From a candidate division FCPU426 bacterium (GTDB taxonomy: Bacteria > Oederibacteriota > PGYV01 > Palsa-1178): a stretch of 64,000 nucleotides of DNA. Shown one piece after another: positions 21,122 through 31,216 of this stretch. Where the stretch lies: the NCBI GenBank assembly GCA_963840035.1, contig CAWIXE010000001.1, positions 32,001-96,000 on the forward strand, written 5' to 3'. Positions within the stretch are counted from its first letter, which is position 1, and the number at the start of each line of letters is the position of its first letter. Made by a program: the position numbers and the translations under genes. The notes under the pieces are model-generated. The model was not told the DNA's origin. It did not search any database and was given only the letters and a program-made list of their open reading frames with translations.

Positions 21122-21452
21122 CTATCTGCAATTGTTTAATCCCAGTGAAACCAGTTTATCAAGCGTGGATCTGTAATCAGCATGAAGAATGCTGCGGATT
21201 CCCAGCCCTTCCGCGATTTTGACGAACATCGGCGTATTTTCAATATATAAAACCTCGTGAGCCGGCGTATGAACAACATCCAGCGCAAGGCGGAATATAT
21301 CCGCGTCAGGTTTGCGGATATGGACATAGCAGGATGAAATAAAACAATCCACAAATATGTCCAGCTTGAACTTTTTTATCCTGAACTCATTAATCTCGCG
21401 CGCTTCGTTGCTGACAACGACAATTTTCAGATTGAAGCGGCTTTTAACCTGA
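21122..21452 (-). pseudogene. C-terminal fragment of a HAD-family phosphatase
   Basis: VVSNEARE...RKPDADIF...YIENT..V..A..LG; N-terminal DxD motif missing. Confidence 0.7.
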
Positions 21453-21629
21453 CCAGTAACCTTCCTTGTCTTTGACAAGCAAAGCCGGGGTTTTGCCCCA
21501 TTCATTGAAAGTCCCGGTAACATAAACTTTACCCGCGTGAGGCGCCCATACGCGAAAACATAGGCCTTCCGGCCCGAGCCTTGCTCCCATTTCCGGGCGC
21601 CTTATTTCCCCTTTGATTGACATAGTCAT
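21444..21629 (-). pseudogene. N-terminal CBM48 fragment of a GH13 branching-enzyme/TreZ-like protein
   Basis: MGA...FRVWAPHA..VYVTGTFNEW...GYWS then stop. Confidence 0.75.
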
Positions 21630-21649
21630 TTCTTGATTTTCCCTGCGCT

Positions 21650-22165
21650 TTAACTTTTTTCCTTCATCCTCTTCAGGATATCGCGGGCCGCGGCCTGCGC
21701 CAGGCCCGGGGCCGTACCTATATCAAGTACCTTTACAAGATTTGCAAGCAGGTCATTGTACCCTGCCTCTTTTTGTTTCAGGAAAACATGATGGGCCCCC
21801 TGCCGCAGAATTGCCGAGTCAGCGCCGTCTTTTACCAGCCTGCGCAGGATCGGAAGCCACGCGTCTTTTTTGAATTTTGCCAGCCCTTCTGCCGCCATCC
21901 ACGCTACTTCCTCGTTTCTGTCTGCAAGTACCTTTACCAGAGGTATTATCGCGCCTTTGTCAATTATTACAGAAAGCGCCTTTGCCGCTTCCCAGCGTAC
22001 CTGCTCATCACGTGAATTGCGCAAAGCAAGCGCGAGATAAGGCACCGCGGCCCCTCCCATGCCGGCCAGGGTTTTCCTGGCCTTCTGGCGCTCCATGCCA
22101 TCCTTGCTTTTAAGAACGTCAATCAGAGCTTCCATTTTTACCCTGTCCTTCTTTTGTTCTTTCAT
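21650..22165 (-). CDS. HEAT-repeat protein
   Basis: VRWEAAKAL, VAWMAAEGL repeats. Confidence 0.8.
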   Translation of the reverse strand: MKEQKKDRVKMEALIDVLKSKDGMERQKARKTLAGMGGAAVPYLALALRNSRDEQVRWEAAKALSVIIDKGAIIPLVKVLADRNEEVAWMAAEGLAKFKKDAWLPILRRLVKDGADSAILRQGAHHVFLKQKEAGYNDLLANLVKVLDIGTAPGLAQAAARDILKRMKEKS

Positions 22166-23856
22166 GATTTTCCACCTCTGTTTATTATTTTTCGTGAATT
22201 TGACCTTCCATGGCCTTCCGATATGGCCCTGTTGATTATTGCCTGGGCTTCATCCAGTATGGTTTTCAGATGTTCCCTGCCTTTGAAACTTTCCGCGTAT
22301 ATCTTATATATGTCCTCCGTGCCTGACGGACGTGCCGCGAACCATCCGCTTTCGGCTTCAACTTTTAATCCGCCGATTGCGGCGCCGTTCCCGGGCGCGC
22401 TTGTGATTATCTTTTTTATCTTTTCCCCGGCAAGGTCCGGAATATTTACCTGCTCCGGCCTGAGGCCTGCCAGCAGTTTTTTTTGTTCCGGCCCGGCCTT
22501 CGCCTCTACACGGTCATACCATGCCCCGCCAAACTCGCTGATTATCCCGCGGTATATTTCACCGGGGTCCCTGCCCGCGCGCGCCGTGATCTCCGCCGAG
22601 AGCAGCGCCGCTATTATGCCGTCCTTATCCGTGGTCCAAACTTTTCCGTCCATCCTGGCAAAAGACGCGCCCGCGCTTTCTTCCCCGCCGAACGCAAGTG
22701 ACCCGTCATGCAGCCCGTCAACAAACCACTTAAACCCGACAGGCACCTCATACAGCCTTCTCCCCAGTTTTTTGGCAACGCGGTCTATCATGCCCGTGCT
22801 CACCACGGTTTTTCCGATCGCGGCTCCGCCTTCCCACCGGGGCCGGTTCCTGAAGAGATAATAAATGGCGGCTGTCAAATAATGGTTCGGAGACATCAGC
22901 CCGGCGCTGCGAGTGACTATGCCGTGGCGGTCATGGTCGGTATCGCAGGCAAAAGTTATTTTAAAACGGTTTTTCATTTTAATAAGCCCGTGCATGGCAT
23001 ATTCCGATGACGGGTCCATCCGTATCTGTCCGTCCCAGTCCAGCGGCATGAAACGGAAAGTCGGGTCCACCGCGTCATTTACCACCGTGAGGTTCAGCCC
23101 GTAGCGCTTTGCAATGGGCCCCCAATAATGAACACCTGCGCCTCCGAGCGGGTCGGCGCCGATGCTGATTTTTGCCCCTCTTATGGCTTCCATGTCAATT
23201 ACATTTGTAAGATCGCCGATGTATGCGTCCAGATAGTCATGGCTGTGCGTTGTTCCCGCCTTCACGGCCCTTTCGAACGCCGTCCTTTTCAGCCCCAAAA
23301 ACTTTTTTTCCATAATATAATTTGCCTTTGCCCCTATCCAGTCCGTTACGGCGGATTCCGCCGGCCCGCCGTTTGGTGTATTGTATTTGAACCCGCCGTC
23401 ATGAGGCGGATTGTGTGACGGTGTTATTACGATTCCGTCGGCGAACCCTTTTTTTCGGCCGCGGTTATACGCAAGGATGGCGTGCGAAACGGCCGGGGTT
23501 GGTGTATATTCACCGCCCCGTGATGTCATAACCTCGATTTTATTCGCCGCCAAGACCTCAAGCGCGGAAGCAAAAGCAGGTACTGAAAGTGCGTGAGTAT
23601 CCATTCCGATAAACAAAGGCCCGTCTATTTTATTTTTCTTCCTGTAAAGGCATATGCTCTGGGTAATGGCAAGGATGTGATTTTCATTGAATGATTTTTT
23701 CAGGGATGACCCCCGGTGCCCGGACGTTCCGAAAAACACCCTTTGCCCCGTATCTGAAGGATCAGGCACTCCGGTATAATATGCCGCAACAAGCTCCGGC
23801 ACATTGACAAGCATGGATGGTTCCGCGGGTTTTCCCGCAAGCGGGCTTATTTTCAT
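22162..23856 (-). CDS. pgm: phosphoglucomutase
   Basis: FGTSGHRG, TPSHNP, DTDHDRH, GEESAG, RPSGTE. Confidence 0.95.
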   Translation of the reverse strand: MKISPLAGKPAEPSMLVNVPELVAAYYTGVPDPSDTGQRVFFGTSGHRGSSLKKSFNENHILAITQSICLYRKKNKIDGPLFIGMDTHALSVPAFASALEVLAANKIEVMTSRGGEYTPTPAVSHAILAYNRGRKKGFADGIVITPSHNPPHDGGFKYNTPNGGPAESAVTDWIGAKANYIMEKKFLGLKRTAFERAVKAGTTHSHDYLDAYIGDLTNVIDMEAIRGAKISIGADPLGGAGVHYWGPIAKRYGLNLTVVNDAVDPTFRFMPLDWDGQIRMDPSSEYAMHGLIKMKNRFKITFACDTDHDRHGIVTRSAGLMSPNHYLTAAIYYLFRNRPRWEGGAAIGKTVVSTGMIDRVAKKLGRRLYEVPVGFKWFVDGLHDGSLAFGGEESAGASFARMDGKVWTTDKDGIIAALLSAEITARAGRDPGEIYRGIISEFGGAWYDRVEAKAGPEQKKLLAGLRPEQVNIPDLAGEKIKKIITSAPGNGAAIGGLKVEAESGWFAARPSGTEDIYKIYAESFKGREHLKTILDEAQAIINRAISEGHGRSNSRKIINRGGKS

Positions 23857-24989
23857 GGCCTGTCCTTTACATGCCCCGTTTTTCTTTGTTCAAGTATTTC
23901 CATTATCTTGTCATAAGGTTTGTTGAACTTTTCCACTCCTTCGTCCTCAAGCTGCTGCGTCAAGCTGTCAATGTTTATGCCCAACCCTGCCAGGCTTTCC
24001 AAAACCCGGCCGGCGTTTACTGTTCCCTGTTCAAGGCGCGGTTCAGGCCTGCCGTGGCTGCGGTATGCATTCAAAGTATTGACAGGAATTGTATTGATGG
24101 TTTCCGGCGCGATTAATGCTTCAACATACTTAATGTCGCTGTATTCAGGATTTTTTGTGCCGGTGCTTGCCCAGAGCACCCGCTGCGGCCTTGCCCCCTG
24201 CGCGGAAAGTTTTCCGAAATTTTCGCTCCCGAATATTTTCTTATAGTCCTGATATGCCATGACAGCGCTTGCTATGGCGACCTTTCCGCGCGCCGCGGCC
24301 GCGGTCTCTGCCCGGTTTCCCTGAAGCGCCATTATCTTTTCCAGCATCGGGTCCACAAGGTTATCAATGCGGCTTAAAAAGAAACTCGCCACTGAAGCAA
24401 TCCTGTTTACATTTTTTCCGCGCGCGAGGCGGTCTTCAATTCCCGCAATATATTCCCCGGCAACCTTCCTGTATCTTGGAAGCCCGAAGAGCAGTGTCAC
24501 ATTAATATTGATGCCTTCGCCTGTCAGCTGCCTTATGGCCGGCAGGCCTTCTTCCGTGGCAGGCACCTTTATCATGACATTTGGCCTGTCAAGCGCCGCC
24601 CAAAGCCTTCGCGCTTCCGCGATAGTCCCCTGCGTATCATGCGCCAGGTGGGGATTTACCTCGAGGCTAACATATCCGTCATTTCCTCCAAGGCTGTCAT
24701 ATACCGGCCTGAATACGTCGGAGGCCATTTGTACGTCGCGCAGGCTGAAAGCGTCGTATATTTCCTTCGAGGCCATGCCTTCCCGAGCCATTTTCTGTAT
24801 GTCCTCGTCGTAGTCATTGCTGTCAGAGACAGCCTTTTCAAAAATCGCGGGGTTTGACGTCATTCCCTTAAGGCCGTCTTTTTCAATAAGCCGTTTGAGC
24901 TCGCCGCTCAAAATCAGGTCACGCCTGATATAATCCAGCCAGACCGACTGTCCGAGTGCGCCGATCATTTGTAGCGGGTTGTTTTCCAT
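23853..24989 (-). CDS. tal: transaldolase
   Basis: WLDY, TSNPAIF, MIKVPAT, NVTLLF, SFFLSR, LWASTGTK. Confidence 0.95.
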   Translation of the reverse strand: MENNPLQMIGALGQSVWLDYIRRDLILSGELKRLIEKDGLKGMTSNPAIFEKAVSDSNDYDEDIQKMAREGMASKEIYDAFSLRDVQMASDVFRPVYDSLGGNDGYVSLEVNPHLAHDTQGTIAEARRLWAALDRPNVMIKVPATEEGLPAIRQLTGEGININVTLLFGLPRYRKVAGEYIAGIEDRLARGKNVNRIASVASFFLSRIDNLVDPMLEKIMALQGNRAETAAAARGKVAIASAVMAYQDYKKIFGSENFGKLSAQGARPQRVLWASTGTKNPEYSDIKYVEALIAPETINTIPVNTLNAYRSHGRPEPRLEQGTVNAGRVLESLAGLGINIDSLTQQLEDEGVEKFNKPYDKIMEILEQRKTGHVKDRP

Positions 24990-25127
24990 TTTTCACTTTT
25001 CCTGCAGCCATTTTGGTTTTCCGGCCTTTTTTATCTTTGTACCCGTTGGGCAAAAGACATACTTGCAATCTTCTCATGCCGCCTGTTATTGTTCCCTGGA
25101 AAAACAATATACTTTTTCCGTTTTCTT

Positions 25128-25427
25128 CTAATTTTCCAGGGATTTTATCTCCGCTTCAAGGGAGTCGATCTTAGATAAAAAAGCCAGCGCCGTCACGTCG
25201 GTTATTGTCCTCTGCTTTTCTTTTTCCATCTGATAAACCCTGGCGCCGAGCTCAGCCATGTTCTCATGGACGCTTTTCTTTAATTCGTGGATTTTTAGCT
25301 TTTTCTTGACGTCATCCGTCATCTCACCGGCCTTATCAGTTGCGGCCTTCGACCCCTGCTTTATTGCCTCTATCCCGCTTTTGATCCCATTTCCGACATC
25401 CTCTTTGAGTTTTCTCCAATCTATCAT
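25128..25427 (-). CDS. hypothetical coiled-coil protein
   Basis: 99-aa ORF with GGAGG RBS. Confidence 0.65.
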   Translation of the reverse strand: MIDWRKLKEDVGNGIKSGIEAIKQGSKAATDKAGEMTDDVKKKLKIHELKKSVHENMAELGARVYQMEKEKQRTITDVTALAFLSKIDSLEAEIKSLEN

Positions 25428-25551
25428 AATTACACCTCCATTTTTTCCTGCATATTCAAAATCCTGTCTCCCTGGAACATGCAGTTGTTATCTTTAATCA
25501 CTGTAAATGGCTGACATCCAAATCCGCCGCACAGCACAAATTAAATTCGCG

Positions 25552-26295
25552 CTACTTCTTCCGCCCGTAATGACCGTAAAGCATCTCTTCGTATTCGATG
25601 CTTATGGCCTTGTAAGGGTCGTATGCCGGGCTGTTTTTTATCTTTTCCCTGGAAAGGTCCACGGTCACTTCAGAACCGGCCCAGTCGATCTCCTTGAGCC
25701 ATTTTACCGCCACCAGCACACTGCCGCCCGGCAGCCAGTTTTTGGTGTCTGCCACCATATACACGATGTGCCAGTTCTCATCGTCAAAAATAAGGTCTTC
25801 AACATGCCCGATATGCCCGTCAACCGCGTTTATCCTGTACCGGGATACCTCGTTAAAGCTGCGCAGGTGCGTATCGCCCTGCTTGACTTTCCTGTCATGC
25901 GGGAGTGTTTCTTTAAACGGGTCCGGCCCCGGCACGGGAACAGGAACCCCCGGGAACCCGGGCAGCTGTTGCCAGTATATGGGCCAGTTGAAATAGGAAT
26001 TTATTTCCGTTTCCTTCTGCCTTGAAACAGGCTTATGTATGTCAACATCCGGGGAATTTTTTACCTTATCCCTGCTCATATTCACCGGGAATTCATTGCT
26101 CCCCCAGTCAGGTTTTCCTGAAAACGCTGACGGCGATATCAGCACGCTTTTGCCCTGCAGCCAGCTGCCAATGTCCGTAACCATGTACCTGACAGCCCAT
26201 CTTTCATCGTCAAAATAGAAATCCCCCACCTTTCCTATATCCCCGTCTTTTGCCTTTACCGAGTACCCGATAATTTCCTTTATGCTTCTTAACAT
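25552..26295 (-). CDS. PRC-barrel domain protein (two barrels)
   Basis: Duplicated LRS...GY.V.A.DG.IG.V.DF.FDD..W.VRY motif. Confidence 0.85.
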   Translation of the reverse strand: MLRSIKEIIGYSVKAKDGDIGKVGDFYFDDERWAVRYMVTDIGSWLQGKSVLISPSAFSGKPDWGSNEFPVNMSRDKVKNSPDVDIHKPVSRQKETEINSYFNWPIYWQQLPGFPGVPVPVPGPDPFKETLPHDRKVKQGDTHLRSFNEVSRYRINAVDGHIGHVEDLIFDDENWHIVYMVADTKNWLPGGSVLVAVKWLKEIDWAGSEVTVDLSREKIKNSPAYDPYKAISIEYEEMLYGHYGRKK

Positions 26296-26437
26296 GGTGG
26301 CCCCCTCATAATATTTAAAGTGTAAAAATACAGACAGTAATGGCACGCATAAAATTCGCAGGATTTTTAGGTAATATATGTTAACTCAAAGGTGGTATAT
26401 ATATAACTTGGAAACATCCGTATTTGCATCCATATAT

Positions 26438-26466
26438 AGTATAGACTCGTGAAACTCGTTTGTCAA
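26438..26466 (-). promoter_or_regulatory. sigma70 promoter
   Basis: TTGACA-N17-TATACT. Confidence 0.6.
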
Positions 26467-26483
26467 GGATTGCCTGTTTTTTG

Positions 26484-27488
26484 TTATATCTGCCCTGTCA
26501 GTTTCTGCACAATAATGCTCGTGACAGCCACGGCGATCCATGTAATAAGCCCCAGGAGCATGGGCTTAAAACCGGTCTGTGCCATTTTTTTGAAGTCGGA
26601 ATGGAGCCCTATGGCGGAAAGCGCGAGCACTATCATGAACTTCCCTGATTCAACAAAAAATTTTGAAACTTCCGGGTTTATTATCCCGAACGTATTGAGC
26701 ATTGACGCCGCAAGGAACCACAGTATGAACCAGGGGAATATTTTTACAAAGCTGTAATGGACGTGTTTTTCGCCGGCATCTTTTTCTTTTTTTATCACGG
26801 CATATGCCGCAAAAATCAGGGATATCGGAATTATCATCGTGGTGCGCGTTAGTTTCACTATGGTGGCGTAAGCGCCCGCCTCATTTCCGTAGCTGTAGGC
26901 CGCAGCGACAACCGATGAGGTGTCGTTAATGGCGGTCCCCGCCCACAAACCGAAACCGTGCTGGGTCATGGACATAAGGTGCCCTAACGCCGGAAAAACA
27001 ATCACGGCAATCACATTGAACATGAATACCGTCGAAATCGCGTAGGCTATGTCCTTGTCTTCAGCTTCTATTATGGGTGATATGGCCGCGATGGCCGACC
27101 CTCCACAGATGGCAGTGCCCATGCCTATCAGGCTTGTCAGTTTGAACGGGACTTTCAGGAGTTTCCCGAAAAGGTATGCTGTTATGAATGCGGCTGACAG
27201 GGTGAAAATCATAAGATAAAAAGAGGAAATGCCGGTGACATAAACCTGCTTTAAACTCAATCCTGCGCCCAGGGATATAATAGCCCACTGAAGTATCTTT
27301 TTTGAAGTAAATTGTATTCCGCGCGCCGTGCCGTCCGGCCTTCCTATGGTATTGCCAAAAAGGATCCCGAGCAAAATCCCGAATACCGGACCGCCGACTA
27401 TAGGGACAAGATTCCCGAGCAAAACCGCGGCCAGCGCGATGACAAGCGAAAGGAGTATACCTTTTGAATTTTCCCTGATCCAGGCCAT
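26484..27488 (-). CDS. YeiH family (putative sulfate exporter) membrane protein
   Basis: GTAICGGSAIAA, GTAINDTSSV, KLTRT. Confidence 0.9.
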   Translation of the reverse strand: MAWIRENSKGILLSLVIALAAVLLGNLVPIVGGPVFGILLGILFGNTIGRPDGTARGIQFTSKKILQWAIISLGAGLSLKQVYVTGISSFYLMIFTLSAAFITAYLFGKLLKVPFKLTSLIGMGTAICGGSAIAAISPIIEAEDKDIAYAISTVFMFNVIAVIVFPALGHLMSMTQHGFGLWAGTAINDTSSVVAAAYSYGNEAGAYATIVKLTRTTMIIPISLIFAAYAVIKKEKDAGEKHVHYSFVKIFPWFILWFLAASMLNTFGIINPEVSKFFVESGKFMIVLALSAIGLHSDFKKMAQTGFKPMLLGLITWIAVAVTSIIVQKLTGQI

Positions 27489-28099
27489 TATTTTCCTCTT
27501 TCAGCCAGCATTAAGAATATTGGATACTCTTTATTGTCCCTTTTAACCTTATAGGCTGTTGAAAACCTTATTTTATCAAATCCGGCATTTTTAAAAATTA
27601 CCGCGAGTTTATCCCTGTCAAATCCGCTGTGTTTTACGCCCATTGAGTTGGATTTTGCGTGGAATGTGCCGTCCTCTTTTTCCAGGTCTGCAATGGCGGC
27701 CTGTCCGCCCGGCTTTAGCATTCTATAAATAACGCCTGCAAATTTTTCCGTATCCTCCACATGGTGCATGGACATGGAACTTACAATAACATCCACGGGA
27801 CTGACCGCGTTTTTGTCATTTTCTATATCATAAAACACCGCGTCTGCATTTTTAATTTCCCCGTGGGATATTTTTTCCTTAAGTTCATCTATCATGCCCT
27901 GTGAACTGTCCAGCCCTGTTATGCTCTTTACTTTTTTCGCTATCTCAAGCGTTATAAGCCCGGTGCCCGCCCCGATATCTATGGCCGTCATTTTTTTATC
28001 AAGTTTTAAACCTGCAAGCATGCAAAGCAGGATGTTATTAGCCAGCTTTACCCTGTCAGGTTTATCCCATTCTTTTGCCCTATTGTCAAACGTGCTCAT
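27488..28099 (-). CDS. class I SAM-dependent methyltransferase
   Basis: DIGAGTG, MHHV, LKPGG. Confidence 0.9.
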   Translation of the reverse strand: MSTFDNRAKEWDKPDRVKLANNILLCMLAGLKLDKKMTAIDIGAGTGLITLEIAKKVKSITGLDSSQGMIDELKEKISHGEIKNADAVFYDIENDKNAVSPVDVIVSSMSMHHVEDTEKFAGVIYRMLKPGGQAAIADLEKEDGTFHAKSNSMGVKHSGFDRDKLAVIFKNAGFDKIRFSTAYKVKRDNKEYPIFLMLAERGK

Positions 28100-28427
28100 G
28101 ACTCCCCCTTTTTTTCAGCGAAAGCCCGTTTCTTCCGAATACCACAGGGCCGTCGCATGTTATCACTATCGCCTTGCCGTGGATCAGGCAGTCAGCCACC
28201 TTTTTCCTGCCCTGTTCCAGTATCCTTCCGAATGTCTGCCTGGAAACACCCATTTTTTTTGCTGCGTGTTCATGGTAGTCCCCGCCGTAATCAGCCAGCC
28301 TAATGGCTTCAAATTCGTCGGCTTTCAGTTTTATTTTTTCAATATCACAGGACGGTATGCCGGCAGGCTTAAAATAATATTCATTGGCTTTCCTGCATAC
28401 GCACCTTTTTTTTAACGGCCTTGCCAT
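28086..28427 (-). CDS. DUF134 DNA-binding protein
   Basis: MARP.K.R, FKPAG, EFEAIRLAD, MGVSRQTF. Confidence 0.9.
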   Translation of the reverse strand: MARPLKKRCVCRKANEYYFKPAGIPSCDIEKIKLKADEFEAIRLADYGGDYHEHAAKKMGVSRQTFGRILEQGRKKVADCLIHGKAIVITCDGPVVFGRNGLSLKKRGSHEHV

Positions 28428-28439
28428 AAACCACCCCTT

Positions 28440-28835
28440 TTATTTATTCTTACCGCATTTGCACTCATGGCCTTCGCCGTGTGTGTGCCCTTCTTCATGC
28501 CCTCCGTGCCCGCCGCAGCATTCTCCTGCGGATTCAAGTTTTCCGGAAATAAAAAGCTTTAACGCCTCATTAACCCCGCACTTGATCCCGCTGATGATCT
28601 TTATTCCTGCCGCTTCGAGTGCGCTTACGGCTCCCTGTCCGATGCCGCCTGTTATCAGCACGTCAGCGCCTGCCGAAAGCAAAAATCCGGCCAGCGCGTC
28701 GTGGCCCTGTGCTGACCTCTCAATATCCTGCTTACTGATTACCTTACTGCCGTCTATTTCCGCCACACAAAACACAGGCGTCCTTCCAAAATGCTGCGAT
28801 ACGTTTGTTCCTTCAACTGCGATAACAACCTTCAT
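28440..28835 (-). CDS. NifB/NifX family protein with His/Cys-rich tail
   Basis: SQHFGR, LITGGIG; tail CCGGHGGHEEGHTHGEGHECKC. Confidence 0.85.
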   Translation of the reverse strand: MKVVIAVEGTNVSQHFGRTPVFCVAEIDGSKVISKQDIERSAQGHDALAGFLLSAGADVLITGGIGQGAVSALEAAGIKIISGIKCGVNEALKLFISGKLESAGECCGGHGGHEEGHTHGEGHECKCGKNK

Positions 28836-28851
28836 TTGAGCCTCCGAATTT

Positions 28852-29211
28852 TTATTTTGCGAATAAATATTTTAACGAAATAAGAAGCAACACAACCCCG
28901 AAAACCTTCTGCAGCAAAACCGCATTCATGGGTATTGCAAATTTTGTCCCTATCAGCGAGCCTATTATAAAAGCGGCCGCTATAATGACAGCGGCTTTTA
29001 TATCAACAAATCCGGCTTTATAATAAGCGTATGCCGCAAAAAAACCTATGGGCGGCACGAGCAGCGCCAGGGTTGTCCCCTGTGCCGAATGCTGGCTGAA
29101 ACCGAACAGATAAACAAGGGCGGGAATTATTATAATACCTCCCCCGATGCCCATAAAACCGCTTAAAACACCTGCCGCTATCCCGAGAAATGCCAATCCC
29201 ATTACCTGCAT
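28852..29211 (-). CDS. TauE/SafE family permease (half-size)
   Basis: GFMGIGGGIIIIP, AQGTTL. Confidence 0.85.
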   Translation of the reverse strand: MQVMGLAFLGIAAGVLSGFMGIGGGIIIIPALVYLFGFSQHSAQGTTLALLVPPIGFFAAYAYYKAGFVDIKAAVIIAAAFIIGSLIGTKFAIPMNAVLLQKVFGVVLLLISLKYLFAK

Positions 29212-29323
29212 ATTCCCTCCTTTTTGCCTGAGCGTATTAAAAAAGCATAAAACCGGCGATATTTTTTAATAAAGCCCATAAAAGGCTATAGCCGCGCAAT
29301 CACGCGGCTATAGCCTTTTATGT

Positions 29324-29524
29324 TTATTTTTTCCCTTTATTTGTTGATATTCCGAACGGCATGTACAACAGGCAAAAGCCTGTCGCTCCCGTAAAAAGAG
29401 CGATGCCTCCCAGCACCCATAGCACTATGGCTACTGTGCCCTGCGTAAAAAATCCTCCGGCCACGAGCCCTGCGCCGATTATGAGCCTTATAATCCTGTC
29501 AATTTTTCCTTCATTTGCTTTCAT
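29324..29524 (-). CDS. DUF2892 (YgaP-like) membrane protein
   Basis: NEGKIDRIIR...GFCLLY.PFGIST; GGAGG RBS before ATG 29524. Confidence 0.85.
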   Translation of the reverse strand: MKANEGKIDRIIRLIIGAGLVAGGFFTQGTVAIVLWVLGGIALFTGATGFCLLYMPFGISTNKGKK

Positions 29525-29615
29525 GTATAACACCTCCTCCCCGATAATGCTTATATTCCGCACCGTATAGTTATGAGCATATGCCAATAATACCCCCGGA
29601 ATTCCGTTTTGTCAA

Positions 29616-29783
29616 CTACTTTTCATTTATTATTTCAAGCATCCTGAGCTCGCGCGGCGCGCGAAAGAAGCCGGGATACCGGATGCATTCATGACCGGCC
29701 TCGCGAAGCGCTATCAGCGCCTTGTATGCGTACCTTTCAGGTTTATGGCTTGCCCCGAGTATGGCTACTTTTTCTTTTTTCAT
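29616..29783 (-). pseudogene. truncated CoA-binding (YccU-like) protein
   Basis: Manual translation MKKEKVAILGASHKPERYAYKALIALREAGHE..., stop after 55 aa. Confidence 0.6.
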
Positions 29784-29792
29784 CCAATCTCC

Positions 29793-29948
29793 TTATATGC
29801 CGGCGCCGGATGTCTTTGACCCGCACTGCAGGCATTCTTCAAAATCTCCCTTTACAAAACCCGCCATGGCGTTTTCAACAGTCGCATGCCGCGTAAAATA
29901 GGTTCTTATCCCGTAACTATCGAGCATTTTAGCTATCCTCGGGATCAT
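29793..29948 (-). pseudogene. C-terminal fragment resembling a NifB/NifX protein
   Basis: Manual translation (G)MIPRIAKMLDSYGIRTYFTRHATVENAMAGFVKG... Confidence 0.45.
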
Positions 29949-29960
29949 ACCTAATATTGT

Positions 29961-30308
29961 TTATGCAATATGAGGCTTAATTAATTTTTCAATGTACTGT
30001 TTCGGCACTCCGCCGACAAGCCTGTCCACTTCTTTTCCGTTCTTAAATAACGCCAGGGTCGGGATGGACTGGACCATGTTTTTCATGGCTGTTTCCTGCG
30101 CCGCGTCCACATTCACCTTGCAGACCTTTATCTTACCCGCGTATTCTTCGGCGATTTGTTTTACTGTCGGTCCGATTGCCAGACACGGGCCGCACCAGGC
30201 TGCCCAGAAATCCACCAGCACCGGCAGTTCGGAATCAACCACTTCTTTCTTAAAATTTGAATCATTAACTTCCACTTCCGCGCATGTTTCCTTGTCATTT
30301 GTTTTCAT
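29961..30308 (-). CDS. trxA: thioredoxin
   Basis: DFWAAWCGPC, SIPT. Confidence 0.95.
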   Translation of the reverse strand: MKTNDKETCAEVEVNDSNFKKEVVDSELPVLVDFWAAWCGPCLAIGPTVKQIAEEYAGKIKVCKVNVDAAQETAMKNMVQSIPTLALFKNGKEVDRLVGGVPKQYIEKLIKPHIA

Positions 30309-30759
30309 TGTAATCCTCCTGAAAAGTCTCCGCCGGCCTGTAGCCGGTGTAGTATTTTGCAATCCTGCCTTTTTTATCTATTACAAAGGTCGTCGGTATT
30401 CCCCTGACTCCGCCGTAAGCGTATACCATTTCTTCCGTGGCGATGCCTACCGGATAAGTAACCTTATTTTCCTTTACAAACTTCGCCACCTTTTTCGGCT
30501 CGTCAACAGCCGCGCCTATGATTACCAGGCCTTCTTCTTTATGTTTGTTATACAGGGCGACAAAATCCGGTATCTCAGCCTTGCACGGCGGGCACCAGGT
30601 GGCCCAGAAATCAAGGATAACAACCTTTCCTTTATAATCTGAAAGGGAGATAACGCTTCCGTCGAGCGCCTTCATCTTAAAATCAGGCGCTGCCTGGCTG
30701 CCTGAACCTGAAACAAATATCCCGGCCGCGATGGCCAGCATTACAAGTATTTTTTTCAT
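30295..30759 (-). CDS. TlpA/ResA-like exported thiol-disulfide oxidoreductase
   Basis: Signal peptide, DFWATWCPPC, GIPTT. Confidence 0.9.
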   Translation of the reverse strand: MKKILVMLAIAAGIFVSGSGSQAAPDFKMKALDGSVISLSDYKGKVVILDFWATWCPPCKAEIPDFVALYNKHKEEGLVIIGAAVDEPKKVAKFVKENKVTYPVGIATEEMVYAYGGVRGIPTTFVIDKKGRIAKYYTGYRPAETFQEDYNENK

Positions 30760-30769
30760 AAACCCTCCT

Positions 30770-30994
30770 TTAAAACCCGAACATTTTCGCGAATGAAGGT
30801 GTCTGCCTGTTGACCTTTATGGCGCCAACCTTGCATACCCTCATGCATCCCGCGAGCCGGTCACAGGCTTTATCATTTGAAACCTTTGCTGTCTTTGTAG
30901 TTTTATCAATGTACAATATCTGAGCCGGGCACATTTTAACGCACGCACCGCATCCGGTGCACAACTGCTGGTCTATTTCCACTAATTTTTCCAT
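30770..30994 (-). CDS. 4Fe-4S ferredoxin
   Basis: CTGCGACVKMCP; second motif CDRLAGCMRVC. Confidence 0.85.
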   Translation of the reverse strand: MEKLVEIDQQLCTGCGACVKMCPAQILYIDKTTKTAKVSNDKACDRLAGCMRVCKVGAIKVNRQTPSFAKMFGF

Positions 30995-31203
30995 TACTTT
31001 ACATCCTCCTTTTTTACAGGGGCTTTAACCGCGCACGCGTTGAATGGGCATGAATTTGATAACGCGGTAAAAAGCAGTCCCCCGCCGAATCCAAACAGCA
31101 CCATTGAAAATCCGCCTTTAATCATAAAACCCGCTGCAAACAAAGACGCCCCGAGTACTGCCCTTATATACCTGTCAAATCTCCAGCCCTTAAAATAATC
31201 CAT
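30994..31203 (-). CDS. DUF2892-like membrane protein
   Basis: DRYIR..LG, two TM helices, NSCP. Confidence 0.65.
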   Translation of the reverse strand: MDYFKGWRFDRYIRAVLGASLFAAGFMIKGGFSMVLFGFGGGLLFTALSNSCPFNACAVKAPVKKEDVK

Positions 31204-31216
31204 GTTTTTTCTCCCT

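Noticed and set aside
24990..25120. Possible rpiB remnant upstream of tal
   Set aside because: Only a few residues resemble the RH.RR motif, and a frameshift would be needed
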